From the NCBI GenBank assembly GCA_937625935.1, contig OW569344.1, positions 635,784 to 699,783 of the forward strand: 64,000 nucleotides of DNA. The letters run 5' to 3'. Below the pieces are notes generated by a model. That model had not been told where the DNA came from. It saw nothing but the letters and a program-made list of their open reading frames with translations, and did not search any database. This stretch comes from Tetramitus jugosus (Eukaryota > Protista > Heterolobosea). The translations under genes were made by a program, and so were the position numbers. Below, piece by piece: positions 12,901-23,419 of this stretch. Numbering within the stretch: position 1 is the stretch's first letter; every line of letters begins with the position of its first letter.

Positions 12901-13357
12901 AATTGTACCTGCCAAGTACATTAACCCTAAGTTGATTACATGTGTCATTCCACCATTGCATGGTGATATCTACCTGCCATTCCCTTTCAGAGATGTAATC
13001 ACAGTCAGTTTGACAGTGTCAGAAAATGGCAAAGACTTTGCATTCCCTGGTCTATCATTCCAATACTTTGTCGAGACGGATTGTCCATTGAATTGTGCAC
13101 CTCATGGATTCTGCAACAGAATACTCGGCATCTGCAGTTGCTACAAGGGCTGGACGGGCGATACGTGCAACATTTCTGAACAATACTCGCGCACCAGCCG
13201 TATCATTTGGATCGTAGCAGTGTGCGTCACTCTGTTGAGTGTTGCCGTGTTCGCATTGGTCATGCTGATCAGTGGAATGCACTACAGGCATCAAGGCAAG
13301 CAATACCAGCGTCTCGTTCAAGAACGAATGCACAATGACATTTCCACTGCACTCTAA
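9929..13357 (+). CDS. Type I membrane/secreted protein with PQQ-like beta-propeller, IPT/TIG domains, EGF-like domain and TM helix
   Basis: Signal peptide, SLDAQSGDVLW / AIDGYSGNVRW repeats, MEPKSSNYSGGHLCTVHGSEF...CRFG (IPT), CPLNCAPHGFC...CSCYKGWTGDTC (EGF), C-terminal hydrophobic helix. Confidence 0.8.
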   Translation: MVSPSSTTPITSSLSMLRLSFLLFFLLLSSHLITCATTTTTTTTTTKNNNNNSPSHNLSSFHWPLINHDSLNNRQTSHAFPENKPIALPEISSSSPFSLYHHGCVKSITSVSTTTPPKSIVIDEWNHLYTFQLIDSQSVFIISLFEDGSVRWFKRLTLPSAWVNHIDDEKEIVSMETCQLSLIRAYDEAGQAKSALLTFSTVDSILFLSTSDGQVVQTLKLDYPSFASECRNKTGHSMVSEVIQTTITMMPNMMVSSEDILMKNKKRMGNGGDQSEKEEEEIEDDDDDDDATTKIQTALTIECSTKLALLQPFSKTNSFRFRWQRFETDASFYYSPHLALTSKFLYAMAYYYHESTTSSTDQLLSYLIAVDISHSGADPEVIAWRFDANIHNETVQMDELFSNPVVTNDEKQVYVGLLKSGQIVSLDAQSGDVLWITSISDHLKKCDPLSSGAILHRDLALFTNATETSTDLFIYVSSVCGDVVAIDGYSGNVRWAQIQTQQSSSQLSDSSSLIVSKQGNLILPYFTTKQGISEWVVTNMDATTGNTVWTKSIKTLDSLKKNSRAFLSDNIGPISVSSHGTLYYQISSRGNSIQRLGQVMIKTLSPSSIYFAEIDNSDRPVNITVTFEQPNSTLLNVYNDGHSVSCFVIVPLLSPIDEVQFPGYIVDGIAHCLISNLTSYFKFVTPFKSAATIVVMVQVGQYRTNSLPVLVYNSPRLDSAMPKYAPVRSAQPIWVYGQFNASLKDQTIICSYTDQTSLAEYLVNGRIIDEGRALCPIACDYPQRTRYSLKVCVPVPNQSAPKGSKLTPCSYFFRVSNYTLLIYDPPVFDSANGTLSPVSQSSTRTLVMTGRGFEPEVMNDKSTKMSCLFETCVSTGPIRTEAACSSFNSKQIQTKEQQVKCICDYPTYCTLNSHDVYKKIPILFSESYLNLGVGDIGGVFNTTNQDVIIYREPRVSSMEPKSSNYSGGHLCTVHGSEFFPSPSLACRFGNEIVPAKYINPKLITCVIPPLHGDIYLPFPFRDVITVSLTVSENGKDFAFPGLSFQYFVETDCPLNCAPHGFCNRILGICSCYKGWTGDTCNISEQYSRTSRIIWIVAVCVTLLSVAVFALVMLISGMHYRHQGKQYQRLVQERMHNDISTAL

Positions 13358-13445
13358 TAAAACAACTCATGCACCGATAGATAACGATTGCTACTTTATT
13401 AAGGTCTATATTTTGTTTCGTTGTGTGACACTGAACTGTTCTCTC

Positions 13446-14204
13446 TTATTCGACTGCAACTACACGTTGTTCCACTCCATTCTGTTCATTGACTGACTCA
13501 CTCAATTCAATGTCATCAATTCTCACAACAGAAACCAATTGACGATGTCCTCTGGTTCTTCTATAACCCTTCCTTCTCTTCTTCTTGAACACAATGACAT
13601 GAGCCGCTCTCTTTTGTTCACACACTGTTCCAGTCACAAATGTTTGTGGAATGATGGGACGACCGACTGCTGTGAAATCAGAGCCTCCGACCAACAAAAC
13701 CTTTTGGAACTTGACTTGAGTGTCGACATTGACTGGAATTTTATCAATTGCAATCATGTCACCTGGTGCGACTCTGTATTGCTTTCCACCTGTTTGAATC
13801 ACTGCAAACAACTGTGGTCTTTCAAATTGTTTTTGTTGAACCATCATCATTTGTTGTTTTGATCGATTTAATATTGTGGTGGTGTCTTCTGAAGATTCTT
13901 CGAATGATGATGATTCTTCAAATTCTGCTTCAATCAATTCAACAACAGTCTCTTCTGGTGCTTCTGCTTCTTCTTCTAGGTGAGATTCTTCACCACCAAT
14001 AACAGTAGTATTGTGATTGTTGATATTGTTTTTGTATAGTGTGCGATTGATGGATATTGATCGTATGGCCGAAAAGTGATTGTTCAGTTGGAATGGTGTG
14101 GTTGATGATGAAAACACGTGTGATGGTTGTTGGAGGAATCGCAAATGGGTGTGGTTGTGAGTGCAAGAGGTGCAAGCTCTGGTGATGGCGTTTCTAAACA
14201 TCAT
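13446..14204 (-). CDS. MRPL21: Mitochondrial ribosomal protein bL21m
   Basis: FAVIQTGGKQYRV...GRP...VFKKKRRKGYRRTRGHRQ, plus a mitochondrial-type presequence. Confidence 0.95.
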   Translation of the reverse strand: MMFRNAITRACTSCTHNHTHLRFLQQPSHVFSSSTTPFQLNNHFSAIRSISINRTLYKNNINNHNTTVIGGEESHLEEEAEAPEETVVELIEAEFEESSSFEESSEDTTTILNRSKQQMMMVQQKQFERPQLFAVIQTGGKQYRVAPGDMIAIDKIPVNVDTQVKFQKVLLVGGSDFTAVGRPIIPQTFVTGTVCEQKRAAHVIVFKKKRRKGYRRTRGHRQLVSVVRIDDIELSESVNEQNGVEQRVVAVE

Positions 14205-14357
14205 TTTTTTTCTTTCTTTGACGATTTGCTGCGAAAAAATGTTTTTTTGTGGTAAGACACTTTGTTTGTGAAAATGGGTGTCGGGAATGAAAACGTTTTT
14301 TCCGAACGCGGAGAAAATTTGGGTTGAGTTGTGATTTTTGTCCGATGTGAGTTGTAT

Positions 14358-16571
14358 TCAATTGTCTTCATCGTCAGAGAGGAATTGGAACATGCCACCT
14401 CTCGACACTGGAATCTCGTCGCTAATGATGTTGCCAACAAGTTCTGGATGTGCTTTTTCAATTTCTACGAAAATGTCTTCGTTTGCGTGGTCGTAAAGCT
14501 TGTTGTACTTGATGACACCCTTGGCATAGTCCTTGATATAGATTCCTCCCTGCATTCCACCATAAATTTTGTTTTGTGACAAAATAGGGCATGAATATCC
14601 ACCAATCTTAACATTGGAGAACTTGTTTCTGAAAATGTCATTGCTTTCAAGCAAGCCTTTACCAAACTCCTTGATGGCAACTCCACTCTGTGCTCCATCA
14701 TAAATCTTGTTAAATCGCATGATTGGGTCAGAGCTGCCAAAAATACAGACATTTGGATGTTCGTTCTCAAAGATTTTGTTGGATTCAATGAGAGGCTTTG
14801 CTTGTTGTTTCAACCAAATACCACATCGTTTGCTACGATAAATGTGGTTGCTCGTCAATGTTGGTTTAGCTTTATCACCCACTTCGACATTTGACAATGA
14901 ATGACCATAAATATGATTATTGGATAGTTGAGGGCAGGCATTGTCGCGAATATAAACACCTTTTGCTATGGCTGTTGAGTCATCACAATAGATTTGATTT
15001 TCGTTAAGAATTGGATTCGAGTCCTCAGTTATCAGAACATTGTTCTGGTCGTTGTTATAAATAGCGTTATTTAGTAGTTGGGCACAGCATTTTCCTTTGA
15101 TGTAAACACCACCCAACTTGCCACCATAAATCTTATTGCGTCGGACAACGACTTCACTTGTCCCGTACACATACAGATTCGGAAAGTCGTTGTTATAAAT
15201 GTTGTTTTCATCGATTAAACCTCCTCCACATTCTCGTACACAAACACCTGTTTGTTTGCTGTTATAAATATTGTTCTTTCGAATTGTTGGTTTCGCATTT
15301 CCGCTCACACAAACATTAGGGAGATGGTTTCCGTAAATTTCATTGTCTTCAACCAAACCTCGTGCATTCTCCTTGATCCACAGACCAGATTCAAGACCAG
15401 CAAAGATTTTGTTCTTCTTCAGAGTAGGAGAACTGTTTCCTCGCAAACATACTCCAGAATATTTATGCCCATAAATTTCACAATCCAACAGTAGTCCCTG
15501 GGCCATTTTGCGATAGTACACTCCAGATTTACCACAGTCATATATCTTACAATTCTTGATTATAGGTTGAGCACCTCCGCTCACAATGATACCACAATCC
15601 AAGCTCTTTGATATATCACAGTGTTCGATCGTGGATTGCACACTTCTTGTTCCATACACACCAACAAGAGAGGCTAGTTTGTGACTCGAAGAGGTAGTAG
15701 GGCGCTGGCACTTTGAGGTAATCACCAAATGAGAGACAATGACATGTTGTGCTCGAATGGTAAGCATTTGAGTCGATGGATTGGTTTGATGCAGCTCTAC
15801 TCGGTCATACTCATCCCCATTCGAGTACGCTCTCAGAATAATTCCCTCCTTTTCAATCACAATAGGTGCCGTAAAAATTCCTTGATGCACAGTAATGGTA
15901 TCAAAAGGCTGAGCGGCATTCAATGCATCTTCGATCGAACTATAGACATCCTTTTGTGGCATTTGTTCATTCTGTGACGACCGGACAAAGAGTTGCTTCC
16001 CTTCGCGAGGCCTGTTCACCACGGGTGCACCAGATGGAGAGACAAGAGAAGAATTGACAGGTTTTTCGATTCGTTGCTTCTTTGCCGGTGTTGATAGTGA
16101 ACACTGGTTGACAAACAAGTTCCTGGTCAGAGATATCAATGGAGCTCTCTTGGCTGATGAGCTCAAATCGATAGTCTTTGCAGCAACAGAAGAGGTAGAA
16201 ACTTCAGTAGTGGCAGCTGGAGGAGGAAACTGCAATGAGGTCCTCATGTTTTCATTTCTATTCTCCATATTGTCATCATGATCCTCATGTTCACCGTCAT
16301 TCTCCATCATCATCATTGTAGATAACAAGTTTGTGGCAACAGACTTCCTGGCGACTTGTGGAGAAGCCATTCTCTTTCGTTTCTTGGGACGTTGTGGAGA
16401 AGTGGTGGTGGTGGTGGACATACTTTTTGCATCATCAAAAAAGCTTTCAAAGAGTGAAGGAGCCCGTAAAGCTTTTGACGATGTCGCTGTTGTTGAAAGA
16501 TCAACAGCAGATGGGTTAGTAAGGGCAGATTCAATGTCATTGAATCGATTCAGAAGATTGAACGGCTTCAT
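14358..16571 (-). CDS. Right-handed beta-helix (PbH1/CASH, FBXO11-like) repeat protein; probable start MKPFNLL at 16571
   Basis: Many ~23-aa repeats of the type PTIRKNNIYNSKQTGVCV / GLVEDNEIYGN after a low-complexity N-terminus. Confidence 0.85.
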   Translation of the reverse strand: MKPFNLLNRFNDIESALTNPSAVDLSTTATSSKALRAPSLFESFFDDAKSMSTTTTTSPQRPKKRKRMASPQVARKSVATNLLSTMMMMENDGEHEDHDDNMENRNENMRTSLQFPPPAATTEVSTSSVAAKTIDLSSSAKRAPLISLTRNLFVNQCSLSTPAKKQRIEKPVNSSLVSPSGAPVVNRPREGKQLFVRSSQNEQMPQKDVYSSIEDALNAAQPFDTITVHQGIFTAPIVIEKEGIILRAYSNGDEYDRVELHQTNPSTQMLTIRAQHVIVSHLVITSKCQRPTTSSSHKLASLVGVYGTRSVQSTIEHCDISKSLDCGIIVSGGAQPIIKNCKIYDCGKSGVYYRKMAQGLLLDCEIYGHKYSGVCLRGNSSPTLKKNKIFAGLESGLWIKENARGLVEDNEIYGNHLPNVCVSGNAKPTIRKNNIYNSKQTGVCVRECGGGLIDENNIYNNDFPNLYVYGTSEVVVRRNKIYGGKLGGVYIKGKCCAQLLNNAIYNNDQNNVLITEDSNPILNENQIYCDDSTAIAKGVYIRDNACPQLSNNHIYGHSLSNVEVGDKAKPTLTSNHIYRSKRCGIWLKQQAKPLIESNKIFENEHPNVCIFGSSDPIMRFNKIYDGAQSGVAIKEFGKGLLESNDIFRNKFSNVKIGGYSCPILSQNKIYGGMQGGIYIKDYAKGVIKYNKLYDHANEDIFVEIEKAHPELVGNIISDEIPVSRGGMFQFLSDDEDN

Positions 16572-16777
16572 CTTATCAATGAGTAGTATGTGTTTGTTTT
16601 TCGGTATGTGTTTGCTTTGATCACCCCTTTTTATTTCGGATGTGTTGTTGAGCTGTCTGATAATTGTGTGTCCGACTTCAAAAAGCGGGGAACAAAGTAC
16701 ACAAGGAAAAACGGTTTTGTAGAAGGCGCGAAAAAAATGGATCGGAGTCTCAAAACGCTTATCTACAAGGGGAAGTG

Positions 16778-18994
16778 ATGTTATCAGAGGTGTATGAAGG
16801 ATTGGTAGTGAATGCACATAATTCCTTGGGAATGAGTTCTAATAATGTGGACGATTCCATTACTACGATTGCTTCCACTAGCCATAACAATGGTGCCTTC
16901 ATGCCTCATGGCAATCGACCCAGGTCAGCTGGTGCAGCTATTGGACAAAGAACAGGAGTAGGAGCTCCATCAAGACGGCCATCTTCTCGAATGAAGTTTT
17001 CAGAATTAAACTCTGGAAGTAGATACGCCCATAATCAGTTGTCTGGAATATCGAATGCAGGTCTATCTCAACTGAGGCCCAGCAGTGCCAGTTTAAACAT
17101 GAAGCATGGCACTTCAAATGGTGGGACAACGCTAATGAGTCGAAGATCACCCACATTGCTTTATTACTCAGGAACTGGTGGTGATTCTAACAAAGCTACT
17201 CATTCATTGGCCTACGACCGGAGACAATCGATAGTACTGGAAGGCGATTATTCGAATGCTCCCAAAGCCAACGTTGGAGCAAAAGTCACAGGAAATTCTC
17301 TTTATGATGATTGCAATGAAAGGAAAGAAGCGAATACAGATTTCAAATATGTTAAAACGGAAGAAAACGAAAATTCAGAATCGAAGTCTATTGAAACAAA
17401 GGGAGGTAATGATGAAGAAACGAATGAGTTGGAGAGCTTGAAGAGCTCTGACGAGATCGTCATTCATGTTTTTGACGAATCGAATGGAATCAATAAGGAT
17501 TTTAAATGTCCAAGGGAACGCTTGCTGAGAGAAATGAAATACTTTCGAGCTTATTTGGTAGATTCTTGCTCCTCTGAGGATATCGATATCAGTGTCCATT
17601 GTGATGTAAACATTTTTCAATGGTTGATGGACTACATTGCAGATTCCAGTGTTGAACGAAGAATTGACACCCTTTGGGCAATATCTATCCTAATATCGTC
17701 CTATTTTTTAGAGATGGAGAGATTAGTAGAGCTGTGTTTAACTTTTGTACATGACCATATTCAAGATATAATTAAGTTACCTATTGAGTTGGATTGTTTA
17801 AACGACGACCTCGTTGAGAAGATTGCAGAAACGTTCACGATCGAAGAGTTAGAGAGTGTAAAAGACAGAAGAGATAAGATTGTTGGGAGACTGTATTCGA
17901 AGAAACTTGAGGAGATTCTGCGAGTAGAGGACAACTATCTACACAGATGTGTTCATTGTGGAAAGATGTTTACAAAATCTCAACAATATTGGTCACCATG
18001 TCATAAAGCCAAAGTTCACTTCAATTATTATGGAGAGGCCATATGTTTGCACGAGGTTGACAAAAAGTGGAACATTCACAGCCATCTAATTCATCTCCGA
18101 CAAACAATGACTTGGAGAGATATCTTCTGGAAAGTCTGGGGAATGGTACATTCATTCTACTGCGTTTCATGCAAGAGTAATTTCATTGTTTCGGAGCTTG
18201 AGCATTGCTCGTATCACAAGTCATTTCCAGTGTTTGAGAGTAACGAAAATGTTGGTTATTATCCCTGTTGTAACAGTAAGGCTCTTAAATTTGACACAAG
18301 TGGTTCCGTTGTTACGAGGGGTTGCTGCAGTCGGATGCATATTGTTTCAGATTCTAGTTCTAGTTCGAGCGTATACCAGACTGTTTTGAAGAAGCAAAAT
18401 GAAATCTTAGTTCCTTTCCATCGTTTGGCAGAGAACGGAACGAAGGAAAATATTTTATATTCTCATGGAATTGATCAAAATTTATTGGATGAAGTAAGTA
18501 ACATTCTTCAACTTTGAGGTACAAACTCACAAACTTAATAATGCTCGTAGATTCTTGATTTAGATGAAGACGAGGATAGTGATGATTCTATACAGCTCGA
18601 TCTGTTCCCAACGTGCAAGAAATATGTAAGTATGTTCATCTCAGTACCTGATTTCTGTCAACACTAACACCATATCCACCAGAGTATATTTGATAGTGGT
18701 GCAATGTTAAGCACGAATCCTTCCTCAAGTCTTTCAGAGCTATCTGAAACGATAAAGAAACAATCTATAGCAAAGAAACGGTACAGCAATATGGATTCTC
18801 AGAGGATCGAGGATAGAAAACAGTTATATGAAATAACAACACTCTTGGCAAAGAAAAGAGTGGATGGAGATCGGCATAAACGTTTTGAGAAGATGAAGAA
18901 GGCTCAGAGGAAAAAGAACATCGCCAAAACACCTGTAGGTGATCCTACATCGAATAAGAAAACAGTCACGGTAAAGAGAAGATCATTTCGGTGA
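16778..18994 (+). CDS. SANBR/KIAA1841-like BTB protein (DUF3342); introns 18494-18550 and 18626-18682; start uncertain (16778 or 16832)
   Basis: IVIHVFDE...KDFKCPRERLLREMKYF...IDISVHCDVNIFQWLM...ISILISSYFLEM, a Cys/His-rich C-terminal part, and two in-frame GTAAGT...AG introns. Confidence 0.85.
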
Positions 18995-19048
18995 ACAAAG
19001 TGTTGGTTCTGCATTGGTTTTGTTCATTGTTAACAACTCTCACGAATG

Positions 19049-19777
19049 TTAATCGACAAACGTTTTATACAACTTGGGAACATGTTCGTCATACGCAGCT
19101 TGAAAGCTATCCATCGCAATTGGTACTCCCAAGTTGTACTTTTCAGAAAACTTTTGTACATTGAATTTTGCTCTTCCTTTTGACTGATTGCTATTCAGTC
19201 TAAACAACGAACAATTCACTCCAGTTGTATGAGGTGTCGATGGTTCGACTTGCAACTTGTGATCATGTGCAAACACACAGAAAATGTATCGATGTAAACC
19301 CGTGTCTTTGGGAGGTCCTGCCCCAACATACCCGACCACTTCATCACCTTTTGATGCATTTCCCTCACCATCTTTGTTAGGAATGTTTATGACGAGCCAG
19401 TGGAGCCACTGTGCATTGATTGGATTGCTTCTGGAGGGTGCATCTGGATCCACCATGCACATGGTAAAATACTTTGCAGTCTTGTTCTGTGTATGAATGA
19501 GAAACTTCGGTTTGTGCTGGACTTGAGTTGGAGTCAGAACCATGTTATTGCTGGCCGTAAGGTATGCAGGATCATTGTATTCAATCGTGAAATTTGTCAT
19601 GAAGGAGTCACCTCTATAATCGGGGAAAAGATCAGTGTAATTGGCAGGTTGATATTTGCCCAAGTGAGTGGAATGTCCAGCAGTGAGGACAAAAGGGAGA
19701 GTGAACAACGAACTTTGGTTGATCAATCTCCTTGTCGTTGGTCGGACGGTACATTGGTTGGCGAGTTGTCTTATCAT
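19049..19777 (-). CDS. Phosphatidylethanolamine-binding protein (PEBP/RKIP family)
   Basis: MVDPDAPSR...WLHWLVINIP...YVGAGPPKDTGLHRYIF. Confidence 0.93.
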   Translation of the reverse strand: MIRQLANQCTVRPTTRRLINQSSLFTLPFVLTAGHSTHLGKYQPANYTDLFPDYRGDSFMTNFTIEYNDPAYLTASNNMVLTPTQVQHKPKFLIHTQNKTAKYFTMCMVDPDAPSRSNPINAQWLHWLVINIPNKDGEGNASKGDEVVGYVGAGPPKDTGLHRYIFCVFAHDHKLQVEPSTPHTTGVNCSLFRLNSNQSKGRAKFNVQKFSEKYNLGVPIAMDSFQAAYDEHVPKLYKTFVD

Positions 19778-19922
19778 CTTCTCTTGCTCTCAATACACAA
19801 TGATGGATCAAACTTTGTTCATGAATGTGGTTTTCTGTTTTTATTGGGGTTGCTTTTGTTCTGTCGTAGAACTAATTTTAGTAGCTACGCATTTGCATAC
19901 CCACAAGATCTTTTACAATGGT

Positions 19923-20192
19923 TTACAACGGGTGGTGTTTTTGATCGTAGAAAATTTTTTTCTCGTTCATACCAATCTCATCTGGATCCACGAGGTTGGT
20001 TCCAACGTGTTTCTTCTTGGCTGCCAAGTCTTGTTGCGTGTAAGTGAATTCTTCTGGATGATTGGGATGAGGAATGTGGGTGTCTTTCTTGTTGAGTGCT
20101 CTGTCCGAGTTGTCCTTGTTCAGTCTGCCTGCCAATCCATAGTCCTTGTCATTTCTGAGCAGTCTTTTGGCATCTTTTCTATCCATATCCAT
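19923..20192 (-). CDS. Small hydrophilic hypothetical protein, 89 aa
   Basis: ATG after a CAA/A-rich leader typical of this genome and coding-like composition. No family recognised. Confidence 0.55.
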   Translation of the reverse strand: MDMDRKDAKRLLRNDKDYGLAGRLNKDNSDRALNKKDTHIPHPNHPEEFTYTQQDLAAKKKHVGTNLVDPDEIGMNEKKIFYDQKHHPL

Positions 20193-20418
20193 CTTGTTTG
20201 ATTATTTGTCTTGTGGTGGTTTTTACAGTAGGTGTGGTGTTTTCGTTTTCTAGCAAATACTTTGTATTTTACTACTATCCGATAATTTACTCTGATCAGA
20301 TTCAAAACTGCAACTGATCTCATCTCATTAAAGATAAATAAAGATTATCTGGCAGAATCATAGATTCAATCGCACATGAACGATCACACTGGCAAAAACA
20401 GTAGGTGTGGTGTTTGCC

Positions 20419-23097
20419 CTATTGTAAAAGGCCCTCGATTCGATGTACCAGTTGAACGAATGAAGGTCTCTTGGTTGGTGTTTGATTCCAAGAAGTGGTA
20501 ATTAGCTGTCTCAACTGCCCGTACAACTCAACCTCCTGTGCCGTGACTAAACTTTGCGAGACCAACTCTTCGGCAACGGGGAATTTAGGCCGCTCTCCTC
20601 TACCCACTAAATTGGCAATCTGCATAGGATACATGGCATTGGGGAAAACGGGCAACATGGTTACAATCTCATACATGATGATTGCGAAGCTATAAACATC
20701 TCCTGCTTCCTCTATTCGATCTTGTTCACTCTCTGGGAGTTGAGTTTCTTCAGGTGCCCTCATCTTCTCTGGTGGCATATAATTCCAAGTGGAAACATAA
20801 GCAGTCTTGCCCATGGTTTTCGTCTTTATGCGAGACAACCCAAAATCGCTCACGTGCACATTGTAAGATTCATCGACCAATAAATTAGCTGGTTTCAAAT
20901 CTCGATGGATCACGGCTGGGGTTCTTGAGTGAAGATATGCCATACCTTTTGCCACACTCAACAAAAGTCTTACTCGTTGAGGAAGGGTAAATATTTGATT
21001 AGCAAGCATTGCGTCTAATCCACCCAAGCTCATGTACTTGGTAAATATACATAGTCGCTCTCGATCGCAGCAAACACCATATAATGGAAGAATGTTAGGA
21101 TGATCCAACAATGACATAATTCTCACTTCGTTTAAAAAGTCGCGGAACTCGTCTTTTGTCATATCAGATTCCAGCATAACCTTCATAGCAAACTGTTGCT
21201 TCTTTTGAGTGATATCATCGATGAGTGTAACAAGAAATACTTGCCCAAAACCACCCTGAGCAATCTTTTTCACGATTGTTACATTCTTATAGTCAATCAT
21301 TCGAACCTTTAGATTGCGTAATTCTTTCAATCGCTCATTAAAATCGTCATCTCTATTCTCCTCGATATCAATGTTCGTTTCAGTCGAGTACAATAATGAC
21401 TCAGCAGGCTGAGATACATTAACTGTGTCTGGTAGTGGTCTGGGTGTATGTGATATGCCACGGAGAGCGTTGATCCATTCCGTTTTTGCCTGTTCAGTAG
21501 GAGCTGATAACACTAGTGTCTCATTTTCTGTCACCAGCTTGAAAACAAATCCTTTACTGTTCTTCACAGCAACGTTTGCATTAATGATAAATTGGTCATG
21601 GGCAATCTTGGTCTTGTGCGTGACAGTCAATGGTTCTTCAGTTCCTAAGCAACAGTACAAGTAATTGAAATCGGATAAGAAAAAATATCTCTCTGTCCAT
21701 TTTGACAACTTTCTTTGCTTCGACAACCAGCCGTGATGTAGAGCTCTACTTTGATTTAACACTATACCCTCTGCAAATCTACTGTAATTGTCATTCACCT
21801 TCATACTTTTGTCCAAAACTGTATATTGAGCCTTCTTCTTGGCATATTTCATGCTTTGTTTCGCTATGTTCTTCTCACTCGCAGCAAGTGTCTGCTTTGT
21901 GTTCCACGCAAGCAGCTTGTTCTCTTCCATTTCACGTTCTAGCTGCGTTAATATGAAGTGAACATGAGATGCTCTCGGCCTTCTTGTGGGATCCTCACTT
22001 AAGCACCTAATCACCAAAACGATATGCTTTTCATCACAACCCACATCCTTCATCCTTCTCTCGACTAGTGTTAAATACGATTCTTCGTTACTTGGAAGGA
22101 AAATATCATTTAACATGCTCACACTACTCAGTGTGATTATCATGTAGAATATAACACCTAGAACAAATACATCTCCCTTGTCAGTATTTTTGCACTTGCT
22201 CCATTCACACCCTTGAATAGAGCGTTTGATTTCTGGAGCAACAAACGCATTGGACAAGTAAGAATCAGCTCTGTCCTGAACATCCTTCTCATTGAATACA
22301 TTCACCGACTTTCCGACATCCAACACCAGCCGCGAATACATGTCCGTCATGTAGACATGCTGCGGAATCAGTTCACCCAATCCGTGAACATAACCTAAAT
22401 GATGCAAATGAGAGATCACAGAACTCAGTTGACTCATAAAATTCAATAGTATTTCATCTGAGAAACGACTCATTTCCTTCACACATGGACTCGCCTTCTC
22501 CTCCTCCATATAATCCATCAAATTATCCGTAAATCTCTGCTTCACAATATAAACATCACTCTTCTCTACATAAATCTTTGTCGTACAAACAAGATTCTCA
22601 TGCGTCTGCATAAATCTCATAAATCTCCAATGATCACAATAACTCTTATTGGCATCTTCCAACGATTCAAACGAAAGCTTTGTCGCAATAAATCTCTTAC
22701 TCGTTTCATAGTCCTCCACCAACAATAACTGTTCCCCAGTGATCACTCCTCCACTTTGATCACCTCCACTAACTCGTTCATTCGTGCTGCTACTATTCCT
22801 CTTGGAAACAGCGTTCATTTCCAGCGTAGAAACCACACGAAAGTCCTTCTCAAATCGTTCCAATCCTTCCACAAAAGCTTCTTCCGCAGTTGTCGCTATT
22901 GGACTTAATGGCGACGTACTTTCACCACTCTTATTGTCTCTCAAAGACAATCGAGTTGTTGCCGTGCTGTCCACATGAAGCACTTCATGTGCATTGACAT
23001 TGTTACTTCTCGTTCTCTTGTGAATGATACTCTTGGCCTTTCTTAGAAAAATGGATTCGTCTTCCACACCTGAAGAAAAAAGATTTGTGTGAAGCAT
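20419..23097 (-). CDS. Tandem kinase: degenerate N-terminal kinase-like domain, PH domain, C-terminal TKL-type kinase
   Basis: C-terminal AQGGFGQV, AMK, HRDLKPAN, DFGLS. PH domain HGWLSKQ...WTERYF...EWINAL. The N-terminal domain keeps APE and DVFVLG but lacks HRD/DFG. Confidence 0.88.
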   Translation of the reverse strand: MLHTNLFSSGVEDESIFLRKAKSIIHKRTRSNNVNAHEVLHVDSTATTRLSLRDNKSGESTSPLSPIATTAEEAFVEGLERFEKDFRVVSTLEMNAVSKRNSSSTNERVSGGDQSGGVITGEQLLLVEDYETSKRFIATKLSFESLEDANKSYCDHWRFMRFMQTHENLVCTTKIYVEKSDVYIVKQRFTDNLMDYMEEEKASPCVKEMSRFSDEILLNFMSQLSSVISHLHHLGYVHGLGELIPQHVYMTDMYSRLVLDVGKSVNVFNEKDVQDRADSYLSNAFVAPEIKRSIQGCEWSKCKNTDKGDVFVLGVIFYMIITLSSVSMLNDIFLPSNEESYLTLVERRMKDVGCDEKHIVLVIRCLSEDPTRRPRASHVHFILTQLEREMEENKLLAWNTKQTLAASEKNIAKQSMKYAKKKAQYTVLDKSMKVNDNYSRFAEGIVLNQSRALHHGWLSKQRKLSKWTERYFFLSDFNYLYCCLGTEEPLTVTHKTKIAHDQFIINANVAVKNSKGFVFKLVTENETLVLSAPTEQAKTEWINALRGISHTPRPLPDTVNVSQPAESLLYSTETNIDIEENRDDDFNERLKELRNLKVRMIDYKNVTIVKKIAQGGFGQVFLVTLIDDITQKKQQFAMKVMLESDMTKDEFRDFLNEVRIMSLLDHPNILPLYGVCCDRERLCIFTKYMSLGGLDAMLANQIFTLPQRVRLLLSVAKGMAYLHSRTPAVIHRDLKPANLLVDESYNVHVSDFGLSRIKTKTMGKTAYVSTWNYMPPEKMRAPEETQLPESEQDRIEEAGDVYSFAIIMYEIVTMLPVFPNAMYPMQIANLVGRGERPKFPVAEELVSQSLVTAQEVELYGQLRQLITTSWNQTPTKRPSFVQLVHRIEGLLQ

Positions 23098-23376
23098 GAG
23101 CCCAATAACTATTCTCTTAGTGTGTGACTTTTTTTTTCAATGTGTTCTGTTGTTGTTGTTTGTGTAGTGAGGGGGTACTCGACGAGTCGGAACAATTTCC
23201 CTTTTGTGGCCAGATTATCCCGCTTAGTTGTTCTTTATCCAGTGCCTGTGGTATTAATGAGGCAGTCGGAAGCTTCTCGAACTCCTGCCGTTAGAATCCT
23301 TGATCAGGCAAACCAAGCAACGTTGAGTTTCGGACAATCCTTTCAATCTCATTACATATTCAACAAGGAACTTGAA

Positions 23377-23419
23377 CTTAGGAATAACTATTGAATGTCC
23401 AGCAATAGTTATTCCTAAG
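23377..23419. repeat. Perfect 17-bp inverted repeat with 9-nt loop
   Basis: CTTAGGAATAACTATTG (23377-23393) and CAATAGTTATTCCTAAG (23403-23419). Confidence 0.9.
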
